Made by a program: the position numbers and the translations under genes | Shown: positions 62,047 through 64,000 of the stretch, one piece after another | Position numbering within the stretch: the first letter of the stretch is position 1 | Layout: each line of letters starts with the position of its first letter | From: an uncultured Planctomycetaceae bacterium | GTDB taxonomy: Bacteria; Planctomycetota; Planctomycetia; Planctomycetales; Planctomycetaceae | DNA length: 64,000 nt | Assembly (NCBI GenBank): GCA_963976765.1 | Contig: CAXBME010000013.1 | Coordinates: 124,001-188,000 of the forward strand | Direction of reading: 5' to 3' | The notes under the pieces: model-generated | Told to the model about the DNA's origin: nothing | Seen by the model: only the letters and a program-made list of their open reading frames with translations | Databases searched by the model: none

Positions 62047-63999
62047 TTACTCGTCGGATGCCGGTGGCCCCAGTTTCAGCCGGCTCTGCGGAAGCAGCTT
62101 GACCTTAATGGTGACAGATTCGGCTTTGCCTCCCCGCACAAACCACTCGGGGAATGTTCCGTCGGAGATGTGGGAGTAGTCGGGTTCCAGGAACTCGCGA
62201 CTGTTTTTCTTGAACGGAACTCGTGGTGGCACCGCTCCGTGCAGGTTGAGCTGATAATTGACCGGCTCCAGGCACTCGAATGAGAACCGGCCATCGTCGT
62301 CCGTTTTTCCCCAGACGGCGTCTCGAAATTCGGCATTTTTTGAGGGCGACGGAAACAGGAAGAAGCCAGCTCCGGCAAGGCCGCGACCGGTCGCTTCATC
62401 CACCAGTCGGCCCGCTGCTGACACGCCTCGTTTCACGACGACCTTGTCTGGAAGTGCTGACCAGTCGAGCATCAGCTTCTGGCCGCGAAACTGCCCGACG
62501 GCTTCGATCTGAAACGTGGTCTCACCAGGGATCGAATCAGTCACGTGTTGAAAGACAACCTGTCCGTCTTTATTGACGCCCCAGCCCGTCGAGCGACTGA
62601 AGCCGAGGCCGGGATTAAACCAGCCGCCGACTTTCGCGCCGATGGCCGGCTGTCCTGTTTCGTCGAGCAGTTGCAGCGTGTGCGTTCGCCCCTCGTCGAA
62701 CTGGAAGTCGAGCTTGCTGATCGGCTCGGCGGCGCTCAGTGAGAACGTGTTGCTGACGATCGCCGCGACGCTGCCCGGACGCTTGTCCGTAATCAGTACT
62801 TTGAATTCCTGATCGAACGGAACGCCGGTCAGAACGAATTCGCCGGGTGAGTCTTGAGAATCAACGCTTTCGCTCGCGCCCTTGTACTTCGACTTGCGAT
62901 CGACCGGTCGCAGATCGATGCCGAACTGTCGCGCCAGACTGCCGTCCGCCAGTCGGATGACTCCACGAACAGCACCGCCAGTGAGCATTGGAACGTCGAT
63001 CTGAAACGGTCCGTCTCCCGCTTCGACATCAACTGCGGAACGACCGATGACCGAGTACCCGGTGTAACTGCGACTGGTCCAGTGAATCTGCGTCGGCACT
63101 TCAACATCGAACTCGACTCGCGAATCAACGATGTCGATTTCCGCACTTGAGTAGGAGTCAGGTTGCTCGCGTGTCAGATAACCGGCTCGGAATTTTCCGG
63201 TGAGCGGTACACCTGGGACGATTCCTGTCAAATTCAGAATGACGCTCCGTTTCGGGCCCTGTGGTTCGGGTAGTTTCACGACACGCGGCGCGGGTGCCGG
63301 CTGTGGTTTTGGTGGCTGACTGAGATCGATGACCAGATCGTCGATCGACTCAGTCAGTTCGTACTGAGTGTGGCGACCGCGAATACTCAACGTGAGCGAT
63401 CCGGCTGAGAGTCCTTCCAGTCGAAAATGTCCGGCTCCGTCCCGCTCTTCGACATTGGCCCGACGGAACCAGCCGCGATTGTTCGGTCGGTACTGGATGT
63501 AATGCTGTTTCGCTTTGGCATCTCTGCGCACACCCGAGAGATCGCCGATGATGCGACCGGTCACGGTGATCGCCGGCGCGATCTGCAATGTTCGTTCGGG
63601 CTGGCTGACATCAATGTCGGTCAGCTCGGCCTCGCCATAGCCGGGTGTCTGAAACAGCAGTTCGTAGCGAGTGTCGTCGGCCAGCGAGTCCAGAACCAAT
63701 CGCCCGTCCTTGTCAGATGGACCATACGCGTGCAGCGGAGCCGACTTCGCTTCGTACTCATCCGGGTCTGACTGATGAGGCGGTGGGTTGAGCATGCCGA
63801 ACGAGTGACCGTCACGTGTGAAATGCTCGCTCGTTACGAAGGCCCGAACTCCGGAAACCGGGCGATCGTCAACGCTCGACGTCACGATAATTGTGACGGG
63901 AGTCGCCTGCTTCAGGACAACCTCTGTCGACTGATCTTTCTGCAGTCTCAAGTCGAACTGCGACTTCTGATAACCGGCAGCGCGAATCGCCGCCCGCCA
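62047..63999 (-). CDS. C-terminal part of a large protein with repeated carboxypeptidase-regulatory-like beta-sandwich domains; 5' end outside the window
   Basis: Frame stays open to the window edge (WRAAIRAAGYQKSQFDLRL...). Repeats of the type 'G.V.D..TG.P..GA...TD.DGRF' (GRLVDEATGRGLAGA...KTDDDGRFSF). Confidence 0.75.
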   Translation of the reverse strand, partial: WRAAIRAAGYQKSQFDLRLQKDQSTEVVLKQATPVTIIVTSSVDDRPVSGVRAFVTSEHFTRDGHSFGMLNPPPHQSDPDEYEAKSAPLHAYGPSDKDGRLVLDSLADDTRYELLFQTPGYGEAELTDIDVSQPERTLQIAPAITVTGRIIGDLSGVRRDAKAKQHYIQYRPNNRGWFRRANVEERDGAGHFRLEGLSAGSLTLSIRGRHTQYELTESIDDLVIDLSQPPKPQPAPAPRVVKLPEPQGPKRSVILNLTGIVPGVPLTGKFRAGYLTREQPDSYSSAEIDIVDSRVEFDVEVPTQIHWTSRSYTGYSVIGRSAVDVEAGDGPFQIDVPMLTGGAVRGVIRLADGSLARQFGIDLRPVDRKSKYKGASESVDSQDSPGEFVLTGVPFDQEFKVLITDKRPGSVAAIVSNTFSLSAAEPISKLDFQFDEGRTHTLQLLDETGQPAIGAKVGGWFNPGLGFSRSTGWGVNKDGQVVFQHVTDSIPGETTFQIEAVGQFRGQKLMLDWSALPDKVVVKRGVSAAGRLVDEATGRGLAGAGFFLFPSPSKNAEFRDAVWGKTDDDGRFSFECLEPVNYQLNLHGAVPPRVPFKKNSREFLEPDYSHISDGTFPEWFVRGGKAESVTIKVKLLPQSRLKLGPPASDE

Positions 64000-64000
64000 T

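Overview
Bacterial DNA whose gene content (DUF1559 prepilin-type proteins, CRTAC1/ASPIC-UnbV proteins, BlaI/M56 pair, futalosine-pathway mqnA/mqnC, TIGR03545/03546 pair) points to a planctomycete. About 50 CDSs; no rRNA, tRNA, CRISPR array or intact transposase was recognised. The region ~3.2-23.9 kb is a repeated-module cell-envelope locus: three copies of [polytopic membrane/TPR protein + 7-CxxCH multiheme cytochrome c], two copies of [DUF1559 protein + small lipoprotein], two FG-GAP/CRTAC1-ASPIC/UnbV beta-propeller proteins and a TPR protein. The best lead is the FG-GAP/ASPIC gene at 16274-18748. It is interrupted by one in-frame TGA (18119-18121, context ...KPDG-TGA-TCYWRAVV...) followed directly by a hairpin with bacterial SECIS geometry, so it is a candidate selenoprotein with a U-x-C motif. 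After this locus come a decayed flotillin/SPFH gene, an aldo/keto reductase and a BlaI/BlaR-type pair with clear TACA-N2-TGTA operators. The rest is mostly housekeeping and transport genes: NatAB-like ABC exporter, mqnC, mqnA, hom, sugar ABC importer, hisH, TatD/EboB-like hydrolase, SSS symporter, SIS protein, cyclophilin and nitroreductase. All family assignments come from motifs recognised by eye; no database search was run.
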